This document shows, one piece after another, positions 14,391 to 30,603 of a stretch of 64,000 nt of DNA; position 1 is the stretch's first letter; each line of letters begins with the position of its first letter. The translations under genes were made by a program, and so were the position numbers. The DNA lies in NCBI RefSeq assembly GCF_009914755.1, contig NC_060934.1. One strand, written 5' to 3'. The notes under the pieces were generated by a model, which saw only the letters and a list, made by a program, of their open reading frames with translations, had not been told where the DNA came from and did no database searches. This DNA comes from the human T2T-CHM13v2.0 reference genome, Homo sapiens.

Positions 14391-14678
14391 TTTGTTTTTG
14401 AGACAGGGTCTCACTCTGTCACTCAGGCTGGACTGCAGTGGTGTAATCACGGCTCACTGCAGCTTCAAACTCCCCAGGCTCAGCTGATCCTCCCACGTCA
14501 GCCTCCCAAGTAGCTGGGACTACAGGCGCACACCAACATGCTGGGCTAATTTTTGTATTTTTTTATATATTGTTTTGCCATATTTCCAGGCTGGTCTTGA
14601 ACTCCTGGACTTAAGCAATCCACCTGCCTCAGCCTCCCAAAGTGCTGTGATTACAGGCGTGAGCCACTGTGCCCGGCC
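14391..14678 (-). mobile_element. AluJ (inserted into a MIR fragment)
   Basis: Diagnostic gggtctcactctgtc and aagcaatccacctgcc. Confidence 0.9.
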
Positions 14679-14829
14679 AAGTCTGTTTTACAAGGATTTC
14701 TAAGCTCATAAGTAACAGTGCTGGAACTCAAATCCTAGCCCATTTTATTCCAAAGGCTCTTTCTACCTCTGCATGCTGACTGTAAGCTACTATGTGTGGT
14801 TATGGCCAGCATCTGATCTTCAGTAGAAA

Positions 14830-15050
14830 GACTGTGTGTTTTGGGGTTTAGACAGATTTGGTTTCAATTCCTGGCTCTGTCATGTACCTGTGGCTTTGGC
14901 ACTTCACTCTCTGTGCCTAAATGTTAGGATCTATGAAATGGGCATAATAATATCTGCCTACAAAGGTCCCTGTCAGGATTAAATGAGAAAAATACCCATG
15001 ATGGTGCAAGTAGTTCCTGCTACATGTTAGATGCTCAGCAGATATACTAG
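14830..15050 (+). mobile_element. MIR
   Basis: Core ggtttcaattcctggctctg...aggattaaatgag. Confidence 0.6.
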
Positions 15051-15224
15051 TTTTCCACTTTCTCTTGCTAGAGACTATCAGGTTGTTGACATTTATTTTT
15101 GTTGGGAAAAAAAAGGCACAAATCTTGAATGATCAGCATATGGAAGTAGTTCTGAATCCTTAAAGTAGTGTTTCTATTTTGAAACGTAAATGAAGGAAAG
15201 AGAAAAGAAATGGCTATTACTTGT

Positions 15225-15826
15225 GCTGGCCTCAAAAGATAGCTTCCCAAAATGAAGACCTCAGAAGCAAAAATCTCTCTGCCCTTCTGTCCCTGGCCCT
15301 TCATTTTCCCCCCGAGATTAGCCATAGAATCTAGAATCCCTCTTCCCCAAGGTGAGTCATAGAAACCAGAACCACTTTTCCCCAAAGCCAACCATAAAAC
15401 CTGAAATTATTACTCTAACCTTGGCCATAAAGAAATGATCTGACCTACTTGTTTGATTGTAGGTCATCGGACCCGCATTCCAGAGAAGGTCCTGCCTCAT
15501 ACCCAGAAGGAAGGGATGTTCCACAGAGAGGTCAACAGCAATCCAAAACAGACAAGCCTTGCTGGGTTTCCTCACTCACTCTATTAGCATTAGATGACAT
15601 CCCTTTTGTTCAATTATATTTCTCCACAACTATCCATGTTTTGTTGAACCTCAGCATGAAAACGGACAGTTTCCCATCTTTGGGTCTGCATTCTGAAAGC
15701 TCTCGTGTCATGTAACACAGCTGATTCAATGTATATACCTTTTCTCCAATTAATCTGCTGATCTGTCAGCTCATTATCAGTGAACCTTCAGAGGGGTGAA
15801 GAGGAAGTCTTCCTTTGCCTCTATGC
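15225..15826 (+). mobile_element. MER39/MER34-like ERV1 LTR
   Basis: Motifs gaagacctcagaagcaa, ccccaaagccaaccataaaacc, agtgaaccttcagagggg. Boundaries approximate. Confidence 0.6.
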
Positions 15827-16374
15827 TTGTAAATAATGAAACTGTATTTTAAATCTTGTGCCTCTCTTTTGACACTCACGCTGGTAGCTCAATCTTTCCT
15901 AACATCTAATCCAATCCGTCTTGCCAGGCTCTTTGATTCCCTGTCCAGACCCCACTCCCACTTGCCCTTCTGTAAATTTTTGTATCCCAGTTGATAAAGT
16001 GCTAATTGGATTAACAATTCAATGCGAATAGGGTTAACATACATGCATTTTAAAGAGCTACTTTATGGAGACACTCCTTCCCACTTTTGTTTATACCTAG
16101 TAAGTAGTGAGGCCAACTGTTGGTCTTAAACCTAGCAGGGAAGAAAGCAACTACCCTAGTAGTTGTTCAAGAAAGTGGGGTAAGTACAGATCTCAGTGGC
16201 CCTGTGATGGGGGATGGGGCCCAGAGTGGGGTTAGGGACACTTGCCTTGCAGACTTTAGTATTTTGCCGAATAAATTATTATAAGTTTTAAGACAGCCTG
16301 AGTACAGAAAGAAAAGTTAGGCACTGAAAGAGGAACTATAGCCCCTAAAATGGACTAAATGAGATATATAAATA

Positions 16375-16733
16375 CAGTTGTCCCTTACCATCTGTGGGGG
16401 ATTGGTTCCTCCACAGGACAATGACCTCCTTTAGACACGCAAATCCATAGATGCTCAAAACCCTGATGTAAAATGGCACAGTGTTTGCACATAACCTATG
16501 CATACCTCCTCCTGTATACCCCAAATCACCTTTAGACTGCTTTTAATACCTAGTGCAATGTAAATACTATGTAAATAGTTGTTTTACTGTATTATTTAGG
16601 GAATGATGACAAGGAAAAAAATGTCTATACATATTCAATATAGATGCAGTTCGAAATTTTTTTTCAATCTCTGGTTAGTTGAATCCATGGATGCAGAACC
16701 CACAGATGCAGAACAGGATGTGGAGGGCTGGCT
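16375..16733 (+). mobile_element. MER2 (Tigger) DNA transposon
   Basis: TA-flanked, decayed TIR cagttgtccct...; close match to the recalled MER2 body. Confidence 0.8.
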
Positions 16734-17607
16734 ATATCATGCTGCAAGAGGAAACAAGCATTCTTTGTGAAAGAATTTAAAAGCCAATTACCTAGAATAC
16801 TAGTGGCAATTAAAAAAAATAACACAATGTGGTTGATAAACTGAAGTAACTAATTATTCTTTCAGGGCCATATAGTTAATGTCCCAAGGGAAAAGTACAT
16901 TTAAAAAGCTTTACCACTTAAAATATATTTTAATGATTCTCAATTTCAATGAATTTCTTCTTCATTCTAATTATGAAGCTTTTATTAGTTCTTATTTCTG
17001 GAAGGAATTGTTTTTGATTTGGAATGCTTCTGATAAAAAATGGTTGAAAGCCATATGAAATTATGTTTGTTTTTAATACATTTAGAAAGATAAAGTTGTT
17101 TATTTTTTGGCAAAAATAATTTGTAGCACGTAAAAGATTTTATTCATTATTACAAAACATCCAAGCCAGTATCTTTACTCAAATATAAGAATGACCGAGG
17201 AGCATAAGAAGTTAACTAAGAGCTAATGACCTTCCAAGGACACTAAGCCAGGCAAATGGAAACTTCTGAAATGCTTTGTTAACCCCATTCTCTCAATATT
17301 CTTTTTGTTGTTATTATCACTAAAATTGTTAATACTCAGTTGAGTCCTACAGTTGAAATTTGGACCTTGATAACTGAACTCCAACATGGTGAAAAGCAGC
17401 AGGTCATTTCATTTGACCTTCTATCACCATCACAAATACCTGTGCACGCTGTCCTTCCAGAACATTCTGACATTTGCCGAGTCAGCTGTTTCTCAATGGG
17501 GCTGGTGAACATGGAAACATCCACAAAAGAGGTTTAGTGAGCTGCACAGATATGGCATGGCAAGAAATCTTCCACCAACAAATTAAAAATGGGCCCTTTT
17601 TCTTTAT

Positions 17608-17908
17608 ATTTTCTTTTTCTTTTGAGACAGGGACTCGCTCTATCACCCAGGCTGGAGGGCAATGGTATGATCATAGCTCACCCGCAGCCTCAAACTCCTG
17701 GGTTCAAGTGATCCTCCTGCCTCAGCCTCCCAAGTAGCTGGAACAACACATGCACACCACCCTGTGTGGCTAGTTTTTAAACATTTTTTTGTAGAGTTGA
17801 AGTCTCACCATGTTTCCCAGGCTGGCCTCAAACTCCTGGGCTCAAGAGGTCCTCCTACCTCAGTTCCCTAAGTGTTGGAATTACAAGCATAAGCCATTGC
17901 ACCCGGCC
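17608..17908 (-). mobile_element. AluJ
   Basis: Diverged reverse Alu. Confidence 0.9.
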
Positions 17909-20900
17909 TACTTTTAGTTTTCAATAGCAGTTGCAACAGTTAAGTATCTTTGATGACTAACAAGATGACAGTTGGTGAAGAAAACCTTTTCCTCAGTGGG
18001 ATAAACAGAAAGATAAGGTTTCAACATCAGAATGTGAAGTCAGTTGGAACAATTAAACTAGGACACATGCAAAAGGCTGGAAGTTTCTTGCCTTTGGTCA
18101 AAACACTATGATTATGAAACTAAAGTGGTAAAGATCACAATGTTTCAAAATGCAGGGAACCAAAATTACAAAGATATCGCTTTTATACTATAATTTCAAA
18201 AGTAAGTTCACTTTATCTAAAAGAGGTATTTTTGAGGAATGTGCAAACTACATTTTAAAAAATGAATTGTTTCACTGTTTTATAGTAGAGTTTTACAGAT
18301 GCTTTATCTTCACTGCTGATTTATCTTTAACTCACAGTGATTTATAACATTTTTTTGCTGCACGTTTTTCTATACCTCAGCTTTTATGTCAAATAGTTCA
18401 TGATTTGTAAGTACAAATGCACAAGGGTGGACAGCCACGGATCTTTAAGAAGTCAAGTATTCCCCTGTTATGCTGATAATTATTCCCTAACATTTCTGCT
18501 GGTAAGTCTTGACTGTTCCTTATTTCTTTAATGAAGACACACCTTTCCTTAACATAGAGAGACCATCTACAATACTGACACTTTGAAGAAAATAATAAAA
18601 AAGAACATGAAGTCCCAGGCACTGGTGGGTACTGAGGTGACTGGTTTGTGCTGGTCACCTTTGAGGAGCTGACCAGGTTAGTTGTCTATGAGTTAGCTGG
18701 CATCTACAGATCCTGTCGTGTGACTGATGCCATCAGATTCTGACCTGAGCCAGTACCAAGAGTGAAGGCGGCGGAGTTTGAAAGCTGTGGTGACTACTTT
18801 GGATTCCTTTGCCTTTGAATTCTGCCATCCTTCTTCTCCATCAATATGTTTATTGTCTTTTAGTGATGACTATGAAACCTGGGTTGAAGGGAATATCTAT
18901 TCTCATCCACAGATGAAGAGTATGTCAGAGTTAACTTTCCCACCTCCCTGGAGATGGAGTGATGACACAGCCCACTGCTTCTCCTTGCCCCGAGGCTATG
19001 TGTGCCTGTGAGTGGTCTCCTTAGGTAGATCCTCCCATTCCAGAGCCGGCCTCCTGGCTGAGCATCCACACGCACTCCCCTCATATTGTAGGTTCGCCCC
19101 CTTGCTGTCTTCCTACAGAACCTTGCCTAGCTGGCCCCACCTTGTGCTCTCCACTTCCACCGCCTGTTATTTGGTGCTGGAGAAATCCAACCATTGTGAA
19201 CGCTGGACAGTGTTCTAAGTTTAAAGTTTCTAGTTCAAAACCGATTCCACAGTCTATTTACTTGTCCCTAAGAGACTCTTGGCGGCCCACGTTCCTTCCT
19301 CTGCTCTTCTGAGGCACTCTCCCTCTGTCCCACCCCTGCCCTATCCCCAGGGCCATCTCTCTCTTGCCAATGTTTTTTGACATTGACTTCGTGGAAAAAA
19401 GAGAGGCTATTATGTGGGAACTCATTCACTGTCCCTTTTATTTGTAAACTCCCTTTTTGTCTTTGATTATGCCACACAAATAAATTTATAAAAACCTTTT
19501 CTGTGATGGGGGAAAGGAGAAGTACTATAACTCTAAATATACAATGCTCAAATCCTGATATATTAAAATGTACAAAAAGGTGCATCTGAAAATAAGGAAA
19601 TGGAGTATTCCCAACCCTGGTCTGGAGGCTACCCTTCCTTCCAGGCCCCTTGTGCCTCGGGGATACTGCACCATTGGTGAGCTCCCCAGCTCTCAGGGAG
19701 GCTGGCCTGTGACCATCCTGTCTAAAAGGAGCTGCTCAGCTCCATGTGATCACTTGCTATTTTCTTTTTCTGCTTCACTGTCCTTCGAGGTACTTACCTT
19801 CACGATGATATTACATTATCTGTCTCCTCGCTAAAATGTGAGCTCCAAAAGAGCAGGGGTTTGTTTTGTTACTGACAGGGTCTCAGTCTCCAGATCAGCA
19901 GCTAGCAGTTGTACAACATAATTTTTACTGAAGGAACGAACTATTAACTCTCAACCATATTGACATGGCTTCCTTCTGCTATGCTACTGCTGAACACAAA
20001 AACAGAAAAACAACAGCAACAAGAAAGAGTCGTTAGGCCCCATCTCCTTCCTTTTCTTCCTGAGACAATCTATGGTAGATGTGTACATATACACCGCCTC
20101 TACTCATCTATTTCTATTCTTCCCTCGAACCCCTAGAATCCTGAAGTTCTATTTTGAACAACTAAAATGCCCCTCAGTCAGAAGTTAGACTGAATGCTTA
20201 ATCTACTATCTCAAGTCCTTCACCAATTCTTGGTATTAACACCTCCAGTCCATAGATGTGAAAACAACACTTCTTGCAAGATCACAAAGCAGGTATTGAG
20301 ACTTGGATTTTAACCCAGGACTGTCTGGCACCAGAGCTGTTCTCCCTCCATTCCAACACGCTGAACTTAGAACTAAGTTGTTTAGCAATTTATCTGTTTA
20401 CATGTCAGTCTCTTCCAGTGACCGGTGAGTGCCACATAATCCATCTCAATGTTGAGAAAAGAAAGATCTTTTTGAACAACCTTTTTCCAATCACAGTGCA
20501 ACTGTTAGGAGAGAGAGAACATGTCTTTCTTCTAAGAGACATCTACAGCATGGTCACTGGAGAGGTAGTTAATGAACTCACACATAGCAATGCGCAATAC
20601 CCTACAGCACTGTATCTATGGCCTTCTTTTAACAGAACTTCTGGTGACCAAATCAGGCTCACACCAGAATCTGACTTTTCTGAAGCAACAATTACACAAT
20701 ACATTTAATGACACTTTTAAGCAGCGACAAAGTAATTCTTCAATGAGTAAAAATGAAGAAAAAAATGACAAAGGTCTTTTATAATTTTAAAAATAATATA
20801 CATTTCTTAGATACTTCTTAATCTTACACCACCTTCTTCTAAAACTGATGACACTAAAGAACACTAGGACTGAAAGAAAAGTCTAAAATGCTAAAACAAT

Positions 20901-21855
20901 TTCTAAATTCCTTATGTGGCAAGTCCTGCTCCTTTAGTAAACTTGATAATATATCAGTGCTATGGTGTAATGATTTGGATCTGAGGAATTTTCTTTTTGC
21001 CGAAGGCTGGGGGAGGAGTTCCTCAGAGAAAACAAGACAAACTGCATTTCGTGTATGATAGAGAGTAGACGTCTGGCTTTGGTGTTTCTATTTATTATAC
21101 TGCTGGAATGAATTTGAGCAAGATAATAATCCTTCGGCCTTCCTGGCCGTAGTTTCCTCTCTTTAGCAAGAGAGGATTAGATTAGATTAGTGTTTCTCAA
21201 AGTAGGGTTTGCAGAACCTCAGGAAGGGTCCCGAATACTCTTTTCATACTCATATCAAGATGTCATTTGCCTTGTGTCGACATTTGCACTTGTTGCGCTG
21301 ATGGGGTAAAACTTCTCTAGCAACTTAGCCAAGTAAGGTAGTGCCCACAAACTGTTCAAGCAGTCATATTCTTCACTGTGGTACTCTCACAGTGGAACAA
21401 CAAAAAAGCAGTACAAAATTTTAGTTTTATAAAATTTTGATCCTTGAGTACATGCCTTTTTAATATTCTGTGATGAAATCGTTCACAGTCAGAGTACATG
21501 TCTGCTGCATATGGAAATAGGACTGTTGTTCTGAGGACAAGCACTCAATTCAGCCGTAAAGCTGACCTGGCTACTTTTTTCATGGAATACAATTTTTACT
21601 TGAATAAAATGGCTGACAGACATATGCTGAAATATGTTGAATGAACATATTAAGACTTGGGTATCTGGCAGACATTTTCTCAAAAGTGAATGAATGGAAC
21701 TTGGCATTACAAGAAAGAACTTCTAACAGTATTTGTTGCCAATGATAAAAGTCATTTTCTTTCAAGTGGCAATTGGAATTTTGGAAAATTTGAATTCACC
21801 ACCAGGAACTTGAAGTTTCCCAGTAGTTACTTTTCAGGTAAAACTGGTGCTTATG

Positions 21856-22171
<316 letters not shown>

Positions 22172-22645
22172 TTAATGAATGATTTTTAAAATATTGCACA
22201 ATGAAGTATATGGAAGATTTGCTTAACTCACTTAACTAGTGTTTTCTAAATGACCAGTTTAGTTTCACGTTACATGCGTGGATAAAAGAATCACTTAAGT
22301 ATGAGACTCAAAATCTAATAGAATACAAAAGTACATGGACAGGGTTTCAAATTTCACAGTACAATTAAACTGAAAGAAGTTTCCATCTGACAAATTTTGG
22401 CATAGTATCAAAGAAAAATATCCATGATTATCTGAAAAGCCTACCAAAATATCCCCTTCCTTTCTGACTACTGGAAAGCTGGCTTTTAAAAAAATATGTC
22501 AACATATACAACATCACAACTGACTGAATGCAGGACTAGATATGAGACTCAAACTATCTTCAATGAAGCCAGAATTTAAAGATATTTGCAGAAAACGTAA
22601 ATCAATGCCAGTCTTCTCATTATTTTTTTGCTTTAGAAAAATATT

Positions 22646-22688
22646 TAGGTTGGTGCAAAAGTAATTGTGGTTTTTGTCATTAGTTTTA
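22646..22688 (+). mobile_element. Half MADE1 / solo Hsmar1 TIR
   Basis: taggttggtgcaaaagtaattgtggtttttgtcattagtttta; the second arm is absent. Confidence 0.8.
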
Positions 22689-23277
22689 TAGTATAGTCAA
22701 TTTCGTTAAACTAGGTTATTTTTGTTAAGATGTAATGAGCTGTTATTTCAAAATGACATAAATATTTCAATATTTTTTATAATCACCCAATATGGTAAAT
22801 ATTGACAGATACAACCCATACAAGCAAATGCTCTTTAGAGTCCTCAATAATTTTTGAGAGTGTAAAGGGTCCTGAAGCTACAAAGTCTGAGAACAACTGA
22901 ATTAGATGAAATCTAACTTCCTATGTCTTTTGAGATTCTATAATTGTGTGTGTTGATGAGTACGAGTGGGCAGGTTTGTGTGAATGAGAATAGAAAATCA
23001 CATATAGAAATGTTTTACTTTTTGTTGTTAGGTTTTATTCCCTTCACCTTTGTTTCCTTGAGAATATAACATGGCAGATCAATAGGAGAGAGTTTTGATA
23101 ATAAAGTATTAAAAGGTAAGTCATCCTAACACAAATATTAATTATAATTAAAATATCACTAGCTGTCAACATTAGAATATGAACCAAATAAAATGCTTGA
23201 CAAAAATCTTATATAATGTTTCAAAAACTTATCTTACTTAAATTTATATTTATGGAGTATAAGTTATATTCAAATGA

Positions 23278-23671
<394 letters not shown>

Positions 23672-24390
23672 TGAAGGATTTTTTTAAACAAAAAGTATTC
23701 AAAGTCATTTAAAATTATTTTATCCAAAGAAAAGTAATCATAAGTTGCTCTTCCTAATTAATACAAGTTAGATGCTGGAATTCTATAAATGTTTTTAGGA
23801 TTTTGGTGCCCATTAATTTAAAGACAAGAACAATATGTTTACTCTATTAAAAGCATTACTAGATTTATGAATTTCTATTCCTATTGCTATTAGATTTTTA
23901 AAAACAGAAAATGCCTATCCTTTATTTTTGGCTTGCATAAAATCCTAAATACCCCTGTCAAACTACTTTGCTTTTATCCCTGCTCAAGCCATCACACTAA
24001 CCATCTGCATAAATAAAGATGCAAGCATCTGCTATATTGCAAATGGTCTCAGGGGCAGATGTTTCCATCCTTGTGTTCATGTCACTGAGGCTGGATACAT
24101 TATTTGAACAGATGTACACAATCTGGAAGTGTTGTGTCCCACAGTGAAATGTCTCCAACTGCTTTCTATCAAAGTACATAAATGCTATTTGCACCTGCAT
24201 TTATGTTAATGATATAAAGGCAGCAGGGGTTCTGACAAAGTGAGATGTGATGCTATGAAATATATTTACATGGTTAATTGGAATTTCTGAGAGACTCTGC
24301 TGCCAAACGGCCACACTGACAATGATACATACCCAAGTAAATTATCCGATTACCAGCCTGTTTTTCAGGCAACAGAAATACAGCTATTTC

Positions 24391-24730
<340 letters not shown>

Positions 24731-25481
24731 CTATTTTAAACAACAAAAATACTCATAATCTAAATTTACTAATATTTTAAACTCTAATATGTTATTTCAA
24801 CTTCCATATATGGCTGGTCTACTTTATGGTTTTAGGCCACCCAGGTCATTTCCATTTATTCTAAAAGGATATTTCTACAGGCATGTGTGTGTTTTCCATT
24901 TGTTCTTCTGTCAACAGTATAACATACTAATAATGCACAATGGTATTTTGTAGAAGTTATTACATCGGAAAGTTCCAATTTCCAACATTAAGTAGTTAAC
25001 CAAAACCAGCTTGCAAATGTCAATCTGTACTTGCTCTGCAGCATAAAATGGTACCAAAAGTCCAAGAACAGCATTTACACCTCTTGTTAAGATCAAAATG
25101 TTTCCATATGAATATCACATATTTGGAAACATAATATTTTGGTAATACATAGGGAATGATATTTTCCCCCAATAGTGAGGTCATAAAGCAATGTTAAGCA
25201 CTAAATGCAAAGCATCAAATTACAGTGGTACTCCTTGCTACTGTGTGTTCAATGTGAGGGCTGGAGAGTCACAGATCTTGCAATAGTAGTTTTCTTTGTA
25301 GCTTTACTGAACTAAGAATTTATGGTCACCTTCAAATAATATGTTACTTTATTAACTTGAAATTTATAATGCACAAAGTCATTTTATCTGAGAAAAACGT
25401 CATAAAAAATAGCTTTTATTCTGTAAATTATCCTGAGGCTTCTACTGTGCTTTCAAAGTTTTTACAAGGTGTATTCATATA

Positions 25482-26140
25482 CAGTTGATTCTCATTATTT
25501 GTAGATTCTGTATTTGTGAATTTGCCTACTTGCTAAAATTTATTTTTAACCCCAAAATCAATACTTGTGGTGCTTTCACGGTCATTCATGGACATGTGTG
25601 GAGAAAAAAAAAGTTTGAGCCACTTGACACGCAAATTCCCAGGTTAGGCAGAACAAGGTGATGTCCTGCCTTCTTCTTTCAGCTCTCATACTGTAAACAC
25701 GCATCCTTTTTACATTTCAAAAACTGCCACTTTTTTTTTTTGCATTTTTTGTGCTTCTTTTTCTTGGTGATTTTACTGTTTACTTACGGTCTCCAGCATA
25801 GTGCTGGGTGCTGTCTAGTGCTCCTAACACAAGAGAACTGGGATGTGCTCTACGGAGAAAACACTTGTATTAGAGAAGCTTTGTTGGGGCATGAGTTATA
25901 GTGCTGTGTCTCTGAGTTCAATGTTAAAAAATTAACCCTGTCTATTAAATAAAGTATCTTTTAACAGAAATACACTTATAACAAGGTCATGTATCAGCTG
26001 TTGACAAAAATGTTGTGACTAGAGGCTCACAAGAACCTAACCTTGAATATCGCCTAGGAACAAATGGCTCAGTATTTGCTAATTCAGTGTTCCTAATAGC
26101 CTTCTAGAATATAAATACTACAAATAATGAGAATCAACCA
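25482..26140 (+). mobile_element. MER82 (Tigger) DNA transposon
   Basis: Clear TIRs cagttgattctcattatttgtag / ctacaaataatgagaatcaacca; TA flanks. Confidence 0.85.
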
Positions 26141-27417
26141 TACCTACTGCATTTGACTGTTACAGGACGAGAATTACTATCTCCATTGGAAAGATGAAGG
26201 GACTGAGGTTTACTTATTTGGCCAAGATCACAGAGCCTAAAAAGAAGCATGTAACAATGACCAGAGCTCAGCTGTCCAGATCAGTGTTCCTTCACCAGAT
26301 GGAGAGGAAAGGGGAGATATGGCCAAGGAGGAAAAGAAAAAAATAGAGAGCTTAAGAAAATAGCTTTCATACCATGTTCGAAAGAGTGAAACTACGATTA
26401 GATAACAAGAATAAACCACTTTCAGGTTAAATCCCCATAAAAGGAAACCCCTGCTTGGATAGGCAGCCCAGTGTTATTAATTACAACAGCTGCAAGAGAG
26501 GAGCTTAGTTTGGTTTTATTTTCCCCCCTTTGCTTCTTTTGCTCACTGTCTCTTCAAAGGCAATAAATACTTGTTAAATGAACATTTGCTTTCATTGGCC
26601 TTAGAATTCCATCCACTTTGGTGTTTCATTAAAAAAAAAGATGACAATATTTTCACAGCAACAGGTGTGATTGATTTATAAAAACTGTTTGAGAGTTTAA
26701 AGCATTTTATACATAATTTAATATGCATTTTGAGAGCCTACTACATGCCAGGATGCTTTAAATCCTACTAAAGATAGAAAATTCATCAAGAACTTTATAA
26801 AAGACCTAATTGATACTAAGTCCAAAATAAGTAAGGTCTTTTCCTCAAACTTTAAGAATGATATGAGTATTAACTAGCTCCTCCCTAAGTATGCCTTACT
26901 TGAGTTCTAATATTCTTATTCACAAATACCAAAATGTTAGGTCTGTAAGCTGTAAGTATACACTTTTATGTCTGCAAGACATAGAATACATTTTTTAGAC
27001 AGTATCATAACCATTTTTTATTGAATCAGAAAATCTAGGGGTTTTTAAAAAAGATTCAAATATGAATTCACATGATAGACAGTAATGGCTGTGGCTGTGC
27101 AGTCAAATCATGTAAAGATTTGGGAAATTAGTAGTAGCTGTACAGCACATGTCCAGCTAACTGCAGTGGGTCCAGAGGGGGCCGCCTATGTGTCTGCGTC
27201 AAACCATTTGCTCTCTCCACCCCGACTTCTTACTTTTATGAAATAGAAATAACACTCACAATTTGAAAACTACCTTTAAATAACACAAATGTTATGACAG
27301 AGTTGAGAAAAGTGGTAGAAGAACTGTATAAGAAAACTTTTCTACCTGCAGAAGACTTGTCTAGGAAATGGCAAACTTAACTGTAAGGCTGACAAGTGAC
27401 TAAGAATTGAGAGACTC

Positions 27418-28131
<714 letters not shown>

Positions 28132-29387
28132 TTAACCAACTGTGTAGGAACTTAAAATTCATTCTGACTACCCAAGATACAAACTTCAATGGTCAACTGG
28201 CATAATCACAGTGAACTACTTCTTAGCACATAAGACACATACATTGTCCCTGTCAGAGAATCATTTGGTGATACTGCTCACCTGTGTGAGTTTTCTTATA
28301 TGGGAAGTAAATAAATTCACTTGCATTTTTAATCAGTGTGGTGACTTTGTCTTTCTTTCACCAAATCTAAATAGTTGGCCTTATTATGTTGTTTTCATGC
28401 CTCTTTTTTGAAAAACACAGTTTAGCTCATCATTTGAAAATAACAGACAAAAAAAGGAGGTTATGGAAAACTAAATCCTATCCCTAAATCCTGAAAGAAT
28501 GATATAGAAAATTGTAACAAAATAAGTCTCATGAACATCTCAAAATTCTATAAATTATATTCTCACACAGAAAGGAATAACGGTGACACTAGGTTATAAT
28601 AGAAAAATCTGTAATATAGTATAACTTATCGTTAGAGTGACAGTACAATGTTAAATCTCTTTATCTGAAATTAGATAACATTTAAATAGAAGAAACCAGA
28701 ATTTCAAATTTGTTTTCTCCATTAATAATGCTGCCAGCTCTTCCTAGCTTTAAACCCCTGGCTTAAATTCCACTTGCTTGACTTGTACATATATGTTAAT
28801 ATCCTGAACAAATGTCATCTCCTCCATTTTGTTTCCTGACCAGCCTCAAAATCTCTGGCTTAGCCAACTGTCCTTTCATTCTGATTTTCAAAGTATGTCA
28901 TACTCACTTCTAGTACAGCATTAGTCATGCTTTATTCTAATTAAGGACATGCACATATGCTGTTCCAACAGGATTTTAGAGCCTAAAAGCTCAGGCTCTG
29001 TATGATTTACCTTTGGATTCTTCATAGCATCTGATAGTTCCTCGTATGAATTACCTTGGTGATCATTAAACCTGCTTCTACCATATGAACTTTGTTTGGG
29101 GACAGTATGTTAGTACAGCATATTTTCCTTAATTTAAGCCTCACAACTCTGTTGGTGATGTCTTATCTGAATTTTATACAGAAATGCATATAATACGTGT
29201 GTATGTGTTTATAAGTTGGAAATTCAAAGGTATCATAATTTATAGCTAGCCATCAATGGTTTGTTAAATAAATCAATCTGCATTTAATTAATAAATAGCA
29301 TGTGCCCAGCAAACTTCTCATGTCACACAAATTATGTACATGCAATTAAACAAATATATATGTAATATATTACGTGTGGGTGTGTGG

Positions 29388-29392
<5 letters not shown>

Positions 29393-29425
<33 letters not shown>
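29393..29425. repeat. (TA)n microsatellite at an Alu tail
   Basis: Perfect TA run. Confidence 0.95.
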
Positions 29426-29428
<3 letters not shown>

Positions 29429-29711
29429 GAGACAAGGTCTTGTTCTGTTGCCCAGGCTGGAATGCCATGGCATGATCATAGCTCACTGCAGCCTCAAACT
29501 CCTATGCTCAAGCAATCCTCCTAGCTCAGCCTTCCAAGTAGCTGGGACTATAGGCATGAGCCATCACGCTTAGCTAATTTTGAAATTTTTTTGTAGAGAT
29601 GGAGTCTTGCTATGTTGCCCAGGCTGGTCTCTAACTCCTGGCCTCAAGTTATCCTCCCACCTCAGCCTCCCAAAGTGCTGGGATTACAGGTGGGAGCTGC
29701 TGTACCTAGCC
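29426..29711 (-). mobile_element. AluJ
   Basis: Diverged reverse Alu. Confidence 0.9.
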
Positions 29712-30019
29712 ATAAATTATATTTGATCATAAACAGAATCATAATTAATACATCTGATGCTTTTGTTAAAAAATATTAATATTAATCTAAGACATACAGA
29801 AAGCATTTGAATGAATGAATGAGTAAATTAATGAATAACTGGGCAATTCATAGGACTTACATGTATTCACATATATTATTTTTCCTTATTGATGTAATTT
29901 TCCATAATTTAAGTTATAATTTCTGCTCACTTTGGTTTAAAATGGCTTTAAGCATTCATATGTGTAATTAAGCATAGTATGTTTGATGAGAGAAAAAGGA
30001 GATGATCAAAAATTATTAG

Positions 30020-30125
30020 AAATATTCTTTATAAATTGTAAATTCTTATAGAAATATCTTTATAAATTAAATATTCTTTATAAATATATATTCTCTATAA
30101 TTTATATAAATATTCTTTATAAATT
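30020..30125. repeat. AT-rich degenerate tandem repeat (aatattctttataaat-like)
   Basis: About 5 imperfect copies. Confidence 0.7.
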
Positions 30126-30592
30126 TTATGATAGATCTGAGTTCAAATCTTGGATCAGTCACTTACAGGTTGGTGGTCTTGGCAAAAAGTACCTAATCTT
30201 GAAGTTGTAAAATAAGGTTTACGTCTAACTTATTGTGAAGATTAAATAAAGGATGTAAAGTTGTAGGTAGAATGATTATCACAATGGAGGCACATGATTG
30301 AGGTTTTTTTAAGCTATTATATATCCTCTGTCAAATTCCAGGATTGGGCTTAAGCATCTTTAGTCCCAGAAAAGACTGGGTAAGGAGGTTTACTTGAGCT
30401 CTGGGTAGGGCCAAGGGGTCTTACTTTCCGGTCAATGGAAGTATCCAAGCTTATGTGATAGCCCAGAGAGGTAGGCATCAGAACAAAACAAACTGTGATG
30501 AGAAGCAAAGCAGCCAAGAGGTGTGAGTGCTTTCTCCCTCTGTATCAGCCAGAGCCAAGCAGCTTGTTGCTTAGTTACTCACATAGACTCAC

Positions 30593-30603
30593 CTTTTTAG
30601 AGC
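30593..30603 (-). other. Strong splice donor (AAG|gtgagt) with a possible 11-nt microexon or a longer alternative exon
   Basis: Minus strand tgttcctttcag|GCTCTAAAAAG|gtgagt. Confidence 0.4.

Noticed and set aside
22646-22688. miR-548-like hairpin
   Set aside because: Only one MADE1 arm is present, so no pre-miRNA stem can form.
27157-27186. CTCF-like ctgcagtgggtccagagggggccgcc
   Set aside because: Needs about 4 mismatches or a gap to fit the core motif.
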